From positions 1-64,000 of the forward strand of contig CBDEUM010000042.1 of assembly GCA_965242925.1 (NCBI GenBank): DNA of 64,000 nt. Reading direction: 5' to 3'. Below are positions 39,268 through 47,325 of the stretch, one piece after another (position 1 is the first letter of the stretch; each line of letters starts with the position of its first letter). The notes under the pieces are model-generated. The model ran no database searches. It was not told the DNA's origin and saw only the letters and a list, made by a program, of their open reading frames with translations. The DNA is from Roseibacillus sp. Its GTDB lineage: Bacteria > Verrucomicrobiota > Verrucomicrobiia > Verrucomicrobiales > Akkermansiaceae. A program made the translations under genes and the position numbers.

Positions 39268-40167
39268 TCAACTGGAGGTGCTCTTCCTGAAGGCGAGGTA
39301 GTTGGCGAGGGCTTCGTCGAGAGATTGGTCCGTTCGCAGACTCACGAATTGGCATTTGTGGCGCTCACAGGCCGCGCGCAGGCGCTCCTGGAACGCTTCG
39401 AATGCGCGGTGGTAGCTCTTCCTGATCTCGCTGGGTCGCGTCCGGATGAGAGGAATATCCTCCAGTCCGTCGAATTCCACCATCCCGCTGAAGGGGAAGT
39501 CGATTTCGCAGGGATCCAGGACCTGCATCACGATCACTTCGTGTCCATTGAAACGGAGATGCTGGATTCCCTCGAGAACATCTTCCTCGTCATCGAAGAA
39601 GTCGCTGATCACGATCACGATCCCCTTGCGGCGCACCTGGTTGGCAATTCCATGGAGAACCGGGGCGATCCTCGTTCCCCCCACCGGATCGAACCCCGCC
39701 AGCCGGTCCATGATCTTGAAGAGATTGTCCCGGTTGTCACTGCGCGGGAGATACTCCCGAACCTCCTCGTCGAAGATCCCCAGGGCCACCGCGTCCCGCT
39801 GGTGGAGAATGAGGTAGGCCAGGCAGGCCGCCATCATCTTGCCATACTCCAGCTTGCTGATATCAGCAGAAGCGTACTTCATGCTCTCGCTGCCATCCAG
39901 GAGGAGATGGGCCACGAAATTGGTCTCCTGCTCATACTGCTTGATGTAATAGCGTTCGGTCTTGGCCTGGACCTTCCAGTCCAGGTGCCGCACATCATCC
40001 CCGGGCGAGTACTCGCGATGCTGGGCGAATTCGATGGCGAACCCCCGGTAGGGTGATTTGTGTTCCCCCGCCATGTAGCCCTCCACGATGAAACGCGCGT
40101 TCATGCCGAGGGCCTCGGCCCGGGCAATGGTGCGGGGATCCAGGAGCTTGCGGGTTTCAGCGTCCAC
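39268..40167 (-). CDS. DUF58 family protein
   Basis: GEHKSPYRGFAIEFAQHREYSPGDDVRHLDWK, IKQYEQETN, LDGSESM, VISDF. Confidence 0.93.
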   Translation of the reverse strand: MDAETRKLLDPRTIARAEALGMNARFIVEGYMAGEHKSPYRGFAIEFAQHREYSPGDDVRHLDWKVQAKTERYYIKQYEQETNFVAHLLLDGSESMKYASADISKLEYGKMMAACLAYLILHQRDAVALGIFDEEVREYLPRSDNRDNLFKIMDRLAGFDPVGGTRIAPVLHGIANQVRRKGIVIVISDFFDDEEDVLEGIQHLRFNGHEVIVMQVLDPCEIDFPFSGMVEFDGLEDIPLIRTRPSEIRKSYHRAFEAFQERLRAACERHKCQFVSLRTDQSLDEALANYLAFRKSTSS

Positions 40168-40229
40168 TTGGAGAGGTTGTTAACGGAATGTCCGCCGGTG
40201 CGCCATGCACGCACCACATCCACGATCCA

Positions 40230-41243
40230 CTAATCCAGCTTCCTGTCCTTCGGAACGGACTCAAGGATCTTCGCCGTGATGTCGTCCGCAGTCACCCCTT
40301 CACTCTGAGCGCTGAAGTTCGGGATAATGCGGTGACGGAATATGGGCGGAGCAACCGCAGCGACATCTTCACAGCTCACATGGCTCTGGCCGTTGAGAAG
40401 AGCGTTGGCCTTGGCAGCGAGCACGAGGTTCAGCCCTGCGCGCGGTCCCGCCCCCCATGTGAGCCACTTGGAACAGAACTCAAGCGCCTCGTCGGAATCC
40501 GGTCGCGTGACGCGCACCAGTTTCTCCGCGTAGCGGAGGATGTGATCCGCCACCGGCATGTTGCGCACGGCGCGCTGCATCTCAAGAATCTCCTCCGCAC
40601 CCAGCACCGGGTCGGGACGCTGCCCTTCGTTTCCGGTGCAGGTTTTCAGGATCTGGAATTCCTCCTCCTCGTCAGGATAATCCACCTTGATCATGAACAT
40701 GAAGCGGTCGAGCTGCGCTTCCGGGAGCGGATAGGTGCCCTCCTGCTCGATGGGGTTCTGGGTTGCCAGCACGAAGAAGGGCTCCGGGAGCGGATGGTCT
40801 TCTCCCCCCACCGTCACCTTGCGCTCCTGCATGGATTCCAGCATCGCGGCCTGGGTCTTGGGCGGGGTCCGGTTGATCTCATCGGCCAGGATGATATTGG
40901 CAAAAATCGGGCCCGGCAGGAACTTGAACTCGCGCTCGTTGGTGGCCGGGTCGGAGTAGATCACTTCCGTCCCCGTGATATCCGAGGGCATCAGGTCGGG
41001 CGTAAACTGAATGCGCTTGAAGGAAAGGCGGAGCGCTTCCGCCAGACTTGAGATAAGGAGGGTCTTGGCCAGTCCCGGAACACCGACGAGGAGGGCATGA
41101 CTCCGGGTAAGGATCGCTATCATCACTTCCTTGACGACCTGGTCCTGACCGATGATGACTTTCGAAATCTCCGCCCGGACACGCCGGACGGCATCCTGCA
41201 GTTGGGCGGATTCCTGGGAGGCGGCTTCTGCGCTTGTGCTCAT
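40230..41243 (-). CDS. moxR: MoxR family AAA+ ATPase
   Basis: GVPGLAKT, RIQFTPDLMPSDITG, LADEINRTPPKTQAAMLE, ATQNPIEQEGTYPLPEAQLDRF. Confidence 0.95.
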   Translation of the reverse strand: MSTSAEAASQESAQLQDAVRRVRAEISKVIIGQDQVVKEVMIAILTRSHALLVGVPGLAKTLLISSLAEALRLSFKRIQFTPDLMPSDITGTEVIYSDPATNEREFKFLPGPIFANIILADEINRTPPKTQAAMLESMQERKVTVGGEDHPLPEPFFVLATQNPIEQEGTYPLPEAQLDRFMFMIKVDYPDEEEEFQILKTCTGNEGQRPDPVLGAEEILEMQRAVRNMPVADHILRYAEKLVRVTRPDSDEALEFCSKWLTWGAGPRAGLNLVLAAKANALLNGQSHVSCEDVAAVAPPIFRHRIIPNFSAQSEGVTADDITAKILESVPKDRKLD

Positions 41244-41533
41244 GAGTGGGCGTATCTTACGGTCCAAAGGCTGACTCCATTTCAGGCGCGGGGCAATCGT
41301 GGCAAACGATTTCCTGCCCATGCGGCGGGCCCTCACCCCGCCTCATCCGGGAATCTGCACCCGGGAGGCGGAATTCTTCCCCCATTTGCGGTCCGGTCCG
41401 GGACGGATCAGGACGCCTGCCGCAAAGGGGCCAAAATGGCAGTTCACACTGCAACCCAGCATCCCGATCGGACGAACCCGTCCGGTTTCTCCGGGGCCTA
41501 CCCCCGCAGCGCTGACGGCAGGGCCGCCCGAAT

Positions 41534-42511
41534 CTACCTGGACCGGGGAACGGCTTTCTCCGTCTCCCCCTCTTCCGCCTTCTTCCCGTCGTCCACAGGC
41601 TTCGGCACGGCCTTTGGCACGTCCTTTGGCACGTCCCAGGCGGTCATCCACTCCTGCTTGCCCTTCCTGTATCCCCTCTTGAGGAGGCGGGCCTCCAGAT
41701 CCGGGTTATGAGCCGCGCCGTAGAAGATGCCGATATTCCTGCGCCCCTTCTTCTTAACCTGCTTCCGGAGAACCCTGAGGCACTTGGCATTGCGGTCGCC
41801 AATGATGACGCTGTTGCCGGCAAAGGCGGCAATCTGATCATCCCCCTGGCCGAGGCTCTTCATCATCTCAAGCTTGAGGCCGTTTGAATTCCCCGAGAGG
41901 AGCGCCGCGATCAATCGCGCGGGATTCGGTTGTTCCACGCCCTGGTTCTGCGCCTGCTGGGCCGCTGCCAGCGCAAAGTTGAAGAGCGATTCTCCATTCG
42001 CTTCCTGCTTCTGCTGGAATTGTTTCATGGTGAGATCGGCATGAACAAAGTTCTTGGGTGAATAGTCGATCTCCTGCATCTGGCTGGAGAGCTTGAGGAA
42101 GCGTGACATCCCATCAACCATCCCCCGCAGGAAGTTGGTCTGAAAATCGCCTCCTCCCTCTTCCTGCTTGGGAATCCTGCCCTCCACCATGTCTTCGCCC
42201 CCCACCATCTCAAAGAGCAGTGCGTCGTACTTCTCAAAGGACTTGTTGAGGTCCGCGTAGTACTTCTTGTCCCCGATGTGAACCGCTCCGATGAGATCAA
42301 CTGTCACTCCGTCCTTCCCGTATCGGGTCACCGAGGTCTGCAGGCGTGTGGCCTTGTCGTTTTCATCGATCCGGATGAACTCGGTGGCTTCCACAGCCTC
42401 CTTCTTCCCGGGCGCCTCCTCCCTGGCGGACTGATCTTCCTGGGCACCGGCGGTGGGAAGGAGCCAGGCGGCGACGAAGGTGAGGCAGAGGAAAGGACGG
42501 ATTCTCTTCAT
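41534..42511 (-). CDS. Secreted conserved hypothetical protein (TraB/GumN-like fold possible)
   Basis: Signal peptide, VDLIGAVHIGD, LFEMVG, HADL, IIGDRN, IFYGAAH. Confidence 0.7.
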   Translation of the reverse strand: MKRIRPFLCLTFVAAWLLPTAGAQEDQSAREEAPGKKEAVEATEFIRIDENDKATRLQTSVTRYGKDGVTVDLIGAVHIGDKKYYADLNKSFEKYDALLFEMVGGEDMVEGRIPKQEEGGGDFQTNFLRGMVDGMSRFLKLSSQMQEIDYSPKNFVHADLTMKQFQQKQEANGESLFNFALAAAQQAQNQGVEQPNPARLIAALLSGNSNGLKLEMMKSLGQGDDQIAAFAGNSVIIGDRNAKCLRVLRKQVKKKGRRNIGIFYGAAHNPDLEARLLKRGYRKGKQEWMTAWDVPKDVPKAVPKPVDDGKKAEEGETEKAVPRSR

Positions 42512-42641
42512 GGGAAACTACTGGGATTACACTCACAGCGCGACAAGCACAGGAATTTGTGCCCTCCAGACCCATAAAAGCACAAAATCCCCTCGTGCGC
42601 TTGCTGGTCAGCTATCCCGATCCGGGCTATAGATCCAGCAG

Positions 42642-44450
42642 ATGAGCGCTCAATCGCCGCTTCGCTACTGCTCCGATCTCTTCCGTTACCAGCGGAGAAG
42701 CTCCCGCGAAGTGATGATCGGCAAGGTCGGGGTGGGCGGCGGAAACCCGATCCGGATCCAGTCCATGATCACGGCCGACACCCGCGATACCGGGGCCTGC
42801 GTCAAGGAGGTCCTGGAGCTGGCGGAGGTGGGATGCGAGATTGTGCGCATCACCGCCCAGACCCGCAAGTATGCCGGGAACCTGGAGCACATCCGGGACG
42901 GGGTGCGGAGAGCCGGATGCGAGGTGCCCCTCGTCGCCGACATCCATTTCAAGCCCGACGCCGCCCTTGAGGCCGCCAAGTGGGTGGAGAAGGTGCGGGT
43001 CAACCCCGGGAACTACGCCGACAGGAAGAAGTTTGAAGTCCGTGAATACTCGGACTCGGACTACGCCGAAGAACTCACGCGGATCCGCCACAAGTTCGTT
43101 CCTCTCGTGAAGCTCTGCCAGGAACTGGGGCGTGCCATGCGCATTGGAACAAACCACGGTTCGCTTTCCGACCGCATCATGAACCGCTACGGGGACACGC
43201 CACTGGGCATGGTGGAGAGCGCCCTTGAGTTTGTCCGCATTGCCCGCGATCTCGATTACCACGAGATCATTTTCTCGATGAAGGCGTCCAATCCCAAGGT
43301 CATGATCGAGGCCTACCGCCTCCTCATCGCACGACTGGAACAGGAGGGCGGAGACTGGAACTACCCGATCCACCTCGGCGTGACGGAAGCCGGAGATGGC
43401 GAGGACGGTCGAATCAAGTCCGCCATCGGAATCGGCTCTCTCCTTGACGACGGGATCGGCGATACCATCCGCGTTTCCCTGACCGAGAATTCCGTCTCCG
43501 AAATCCCGGTGGCCCGGGCAATGGTGCGAACGCGGGAGGGTGACTCCGGTCGCGAGAAACCGCGGCAGGCTGCCGAGGCCCCCATTCACCCCTGCTGGGA
43601 TCCCTTCTCCTACAAGCGCCGTCCCAGTGAAGTGATCGAGATCGGCGGCCACGAACTCGGCGGAAACCGCGAATTCCGGGTGGTGACCACCCGGAAGAAG
43701 TGGGACGCCCTTGCTCACCAGCTCGGAGAACTCGGCGACTTCCAACCCGAAATCGTCCTGGAAGAGAGCGGAGTGGTGGAGATCGATCCGCGGAATAGTG
43801 CAGAGGTTGAGCAACTCGACTCCCGGACCACTCCCGCCCTGGTGACGGTCGGCAATGGGCTGGACCTGGCGGTCGTTCCCGCCTTCCGACTCCTTGCCTC
43901 CCGGGTGCAGGCCCGCCACCCGATTCTTCTCAAGGACGTCCTCTCCCCGTCTGAAGAAGGGGACGGAAACTTCCCCCTCGAAACCCTGCTGACCGCCGCG
44001 CGCAACATCGGATCCCTGCTTTGCGACGGAATCGGTGACGCCGTCCTCCTCCAGGGGGAAGAAGTCCCGGAACAGAGCCTGCGGGTAAGCTACAACATCC
44101 TGCAGGCGGCCGGCGCACGTATCTTCAAGACCGACTACGTGGCGTGCCCCAGTTGCGGACGCACGCTCTTCAATCTACAGGCTACCACCCGCAGAATCCG
44201 GGAAGCGACTGGCCACCTCAAGGGCCTGCGCATTGCGGTGATGGGCTGTATCGTGAACGGACCAGGCGAAATGGCCGATGCGGATTTCGGTTACGTGGGA
44301 GGGGCCCCGGGCAAGATAAACCTCTACGTGGGCAGGGACGCCGTGAAGTTCAACATCCCGGAAGAGGAAGCCGTGGAACGGCTCGTCGATCTCATCAACG
44401 AACACGGAAAGTGGATCGATCCACCTGCCTTGAAGCCGGTCAGGGTCTAG
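42642..44450 (+). CDS. ispG: (E)-4-hydroxy-3-methylbut-2-enyl-diphosphate synthase, long form
   Basis: PIRIQSM, PLVADIHF, RVNPGN, RIGTNHGSL, HLGVTEAG, GDTIRVSL, CPSCGR, MGCIVNGPGE. Confidence 0.97.
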   Translation: MSAQSPLRYCSDLFRYQRRSSREVMIGKVGVGGGNPIRIQSMITADTRDTGACVKEVLELAEVGCEIVRITAQTRKYAGNLEHIRDGVRRAGCEVPLVADIHFKPDAALEAAKWVEKVRVNPGNYADRKKFEVREYSDSDYAEELTRIRHKFVPLVKLCQELGRAMRIGTNHGSLSDRIMNRYGDTPLGMVESALEFVRIARDLDYHEIIFSMKASNPKVMIEAYRLLIARLEQEGGDWNYPIHLGVTEAGDGEDGRIKSAIGIGSLLDDGIGDTIRVSLTENSVSEIPVARAMVRTREGDSGREKPRQAAEAPIHPCWDPFSYKRRPSEVIEIGGHELGGNREFRVVTTRKKWDALAHQLGELGDFQPEIVLEESGVVEIDPRNSAEVEQLDSRTTPALVTVGNGLDLAVVPAFRLLASRVQARHPILLKDVLSPSEEGDGNFPLETLLTAARNIGSLLCDGIGDAVLLQGEEVPEQSLRVSYNILQAAGARIFKTDYVACPSCGRTLFNLQATTRRIREATGHLKGLRIAVMGCIVNGPGEMADADFGYVGGAPGKINLYVGRDAVKFNIPEEEAVERLVDLINEHGKWIDPPALKPVRV

Positions 44451-44474
44451 TCTCGTTGTCGCCAAGACGGGCGG

Positions 44475-44825
44475 TTGCGCAAACGCCGGGCCCTTGGTAG
44501 CGTCCACCTCAGCGAACTCAGCGTAACCATCACTTCGAAGATCAGGGCCGGAACGATCACGGAAAAGGAAGAAAAGGCCTCCACCGAACTGGCGGGGACT
44601 TGGAACGTGCTGGTCTTCGATGACCCGGTAAACCTGATGGAATATGTGACCAAGGTTTTCCAGAAGGTCTTCGGTTACCCCCGCGAGCGGGCAGAAGATC
44701 TCATGATGACGGTACACATCGCCGGCAAGGCCCTGGTGTGGTCCGGCGCGCGAGAGCCCGCGGAACTCTACGTCCAGCAACTGCACAGCTACCAGTTGCA
44801 CGCCAGCCTCGAGAAAGCGCAGTAG
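44475..44825 (+). CDS. clpS: ATP-dependent Clp protease adaptor ClpS (start uncertain)
   Basis: WNVLVFDDPVNLMEYVTKVFQKVFGY...LMMTVHIAGKA. Confidence 0.9.
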   Translation: MRKRRALGSVHLSELSVTITSKIRAGTITEKEEKASTELAGTWNVLVFDDPVNLMEYVTKVFQKVFGYPRERAEDLMMTVHIAGKALVWSGAREPAELYVQQLHSYQLHASLEKAQ

Positions 44826-44827
44826 AA

Positions 44828-45301
44828 ATGAAAGTGATGCCCACACTGGAGAAAGGCCTGCGAATCGAGGTGGAAACTGCCACCGACTGGCTGGTGCTGG
44901 AACAGATCGCCACCGACGCCCTGGAGGGCGGGATCGAGACCCTGCCTACCCGCCTGAGTGCGCTCATGGATGAAGAGTCCGAGTGGGACGAGATCGTCGT
45001 TCCCGAACTGGAAGATTTCTTCACAGGCCAGCTCCGCGTGGTTCGCGACACCATCCACGCCGCCCAGCAGGAATCGACCGACCCGGCGGAGGGAATGTTT
45101 CTCATCATGCGGGCCGAGGGCGCCCAATGGTATGGTGCACTGAATCAGGCCCGACTCGCGCTGGAAACCCACTACCGGTTCGGCCCCGGCGAGGAAGTGA
45201 ACGAAGTGGAATCCTTTCCCCCGCCCAAGCGATCGGCCTTTATCCGCAGCCAGCTCTACTGCGCCCTGCAGAGTGTTCTGCTGGAGCACGTCCTAGATTG
45301 A
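44828..45301 (+). CDS. DUF2017-like protein
   Basis: Directly follows clpS; W...VVPEL and WYGALNQARLAL resemble DUF2017. Confidence 0.65.
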   Translation: MKVMPTLEKGLRIEVETATDWLVLEQIATDALEGGIETLPTRLSALMDEESEWDEIVVPELEDFFTGQLRVVRDTIHAAQQESTDPAEGMFLIMRAEGAQWYGALNQARLALETHYRFGPGEEVNEVESFPPPKRSAFIRSQLYCALQSVLLEHVLD

Positions 45302-45474
45302 GACCCTGGTGAGCCCGCGGCAGCGGATTCCGGCAAAGTTGAGCGACGGGCGGGGCGGGGTGTCCTTGCTTCCTTGAAAGCGGGACGTCCCTTGCCGGAA
45401 TCAAAGCTGCTCTGAACCCGGGAGAAACCGCAGCCGGGGAACCATTGCGTGTCCCCCGTGATCCCGCGGACTCA

Positions 45475-46044
45475 TCAGCAGGCCACGAGAGAATGCGCGG
45501 AGTAGCGATCCGGGCGATGAAAGTCGGGCTCACCACCACCCAGGCAGACCGCTGTCAGGAACTGCTGGATCGGAGAGTTGAGGATAAAAGTGGCGTTCAT
45601 CCTGGTGTCGCTTCCGAAGTGGAGATGCTCCTTCAGCCACGCCAGGGGCAGATCCGCGCGAGCCTGCCATCCCTCCGGGCCACAGGTAGCGAGGGAAGTC
45701 GCTCCGGTCTCCCTCAGTTCCGCGAGCGGTCTTCGCGGCGAATCGAAAAGGCATGCCCAATGCGCACCATTGGGGGAGAGATTGAACTCCAGGTAATCTC
45801 CGGTAACGGGATCTCTCAGAAAGAACTCGGCCACATCATATTCCCAGAGGTGCTCATGGAAGAGACCGGAGCGCGCCGCAGGGTGGCAGAGGGCCGCAGA
45901 CTGGCGTGAGGAACGGAATACAAAAGCGTCACCCTCAAGGGCGAAACTGAAAAAGACCGGCGGATTCACCTCATTCCCAAACCAGTCCCGCGCGAGGCTG
46001 GTGAGGGGAGGAGGCCCGTTGCCGGAGACCTTATGGATGGTCAT
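45475..46044 (-). CDS. DOMON-like / CBM9-like domain protein
   Basis: LWEYDVAEFF, YLEFNLSPNGAHW, PDFHRP. Confidence 0.7.
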   Translation of the reverse strand: MTIHKVSGNGPPPLTSLARDWFGNEVNPPVFFSFALEGDAFVFRSSRQSAALCHPAARSGLFHEHLWEYDVAEFFLRDPVTGDYLEFNLSPNGAHWACLFDSPRRPLAELRETGATSLATCGPEGWQARADLPLAWLKEHLHFGSDTRMNATFILNSPIQQFLTAVCLGGGEPDFHRPDRYSAHSLVAC

Positions 46045-46161
46045 TTCGTTGGTGTTCAAACGATCTGTTTAAAGGAAATAAATATTTAAGAATTGTGAAC
46101 AATTTGGCTCGCTCAAACTGGGCGACCGAACTACACTGAAACCGTCTTGGAGTCCCGATCC

Positions 46162-46989
46162 ATGTTGAATTTGCAACCAATCGAGTATGTCGGCAAATCT
46201 CCCCGCCATCAACCGCGGAAGAAAAAAGGCCCGAGAGGCTCCGGTTTCTTCGGAGGCTGGTTCCTTCTCATCCTGGTGATCGCAATCGGTTTCTTTTTCC
46301 TGCGGCCGATTATTCCCTTTCTGCAGTCGCAGCGAGCCCAGGCCTCTGCGGTAAACAAGAAGAAGGCGATTGCTGAACTCCGGAGCTCGGAAGAGTTCTC
46401 CAAGAATCTTGCAGCTGCCGCCCTGGAACGCACCCGGGAAACGGTGGACTACGATCCCGCTTACTATGATCTGGCCTATCCGGGGGGCGATCTCCCTACG
46501 CACAAGGGTGTCTGTACCGACCTCGTCGTGCGAAGCTACCGGACCCTGGGGGTCGATCTTCAGCAGCTTGTGCACGAAGACATGTCCGCCCATTTCCGTC
46601 TTTATCCTCAGCTCTGGGAACGCAAAGGTCCGGACAGTAACATCGATCACCGCCGGGTGCCTAATCTTCAGCGTTACTTTTCACGGTTCGGGAAGATTCT
46701 CGAAAAATCCCACTCGCTCGACGACTACGCAGTTGGCGACGTGGTGACCTGGAAACTCCCCTATGGTGCGGCGGAGCAGGCCGGCAGCCATATCGGCATC
46801 GTGGTTCCCGGTCCCGGCGCCCGCGGTAATGAGAAATGGGTTGTCCACAACATCGGCTCCGGACCCGAATGGGAAGACAAGCTCTTTGACTACGAGATCG
46901 TGGGCCACTTCCGCTTCGCCCCGCTCCACGAGACGATGACCGCTTCCGCCAGCAGAAAGGCCGGGGCGCCCCTCCCGACTTCGCCCTGA
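46162..46989 (+). CDS. DUF1287 (YijF-like) protein with N-terminal membrane anchor
   Basis: YDPAY..LAYPGGD, GVCTDLVVRSYR, DSNIDHRRVPNL, HIGIV, VHNIG. Confidence 0.9.
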   Translation: MLNLQPIEYVGKSPRHQPRKKKGPRGSGFFGGWFLLILVIAIGFFFLRPIIPFLQSQRAQASAVNKKKAIAELRSSEEFSKNLAAAALERTRETVDYDPAYYDLAYPGGDLPTHKGVCTDLVVRSYRTLGVDLQQLVHEDMSAHFRLYPQLWERKGPDSNIDHRRVPNLQRYFSRFGKILEKSHSLDDYAVGDVVTWKLPYGAAEQAGSHIGIVVPGPGARGNEKWVVHNIGSGPEWEDKLFDYEIVGHFRFAPLHETMTASASRKAGAPLPTSP

Positions 46990-47124
46990 GCGTCGTCCCT
47001 CCATCTTCCCGGGCCAAGCTGAACCAGGAAGGTCGTGGGATACCCGGGCTCTCTCTCCCCCCTTCCGCCTTCCGGAGGCTGCCGCGTGTGGCGGCCATGT
47101 GCGCATTTGTTTCGTGCATCCCCC

Positions 47125-47268
47125 CTGCGGGTACAGAAACAGGGCAGCTTCACAAAGGAAGTGAGATCGCTAAGCCGTGTTGACTAGTAGTTGATTTATT
47201 TTGGCAGGACTTGGGATCTCACTCCTTCGATTGACTGCCTGTTACAGTCTCAACCGGGTCCGCCGCAG
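47125..47268 (+). ncRNA. Candidate structured non-coding RNA (long imperfect rod)
   Basis: Nested complementary segments 47125-30/47263-68, 47138-47/47235-43, 47155-68/47215-27 in a gap between convergent genes. Confidence 0.4.
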
Positions 47269-47325
47269 ACGATTTTCAGATCTCTGAGATTTTGCCTCCT
47301 CCGGCCGGGAAAGCCCGGCATTGCC

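Noticed and set aside
41604..41640. 12-bp repeat GGCACGKCCTTT (DVPK/AVPK)
   Set aside because: Short low-complexity protein tail with no further signal.
44522..44548. CGTAACCAT resembling the ECF -35 box
   Set aside because: No CGTC at the 14-bp spacing, and it lies within the clpS frame.
47060..47100. Minus-strand TCCGGAAGG resembling the SRP RNA loop
   Set aside because: Flanking CAGG and AGCAG of SRP domain IV are missing.
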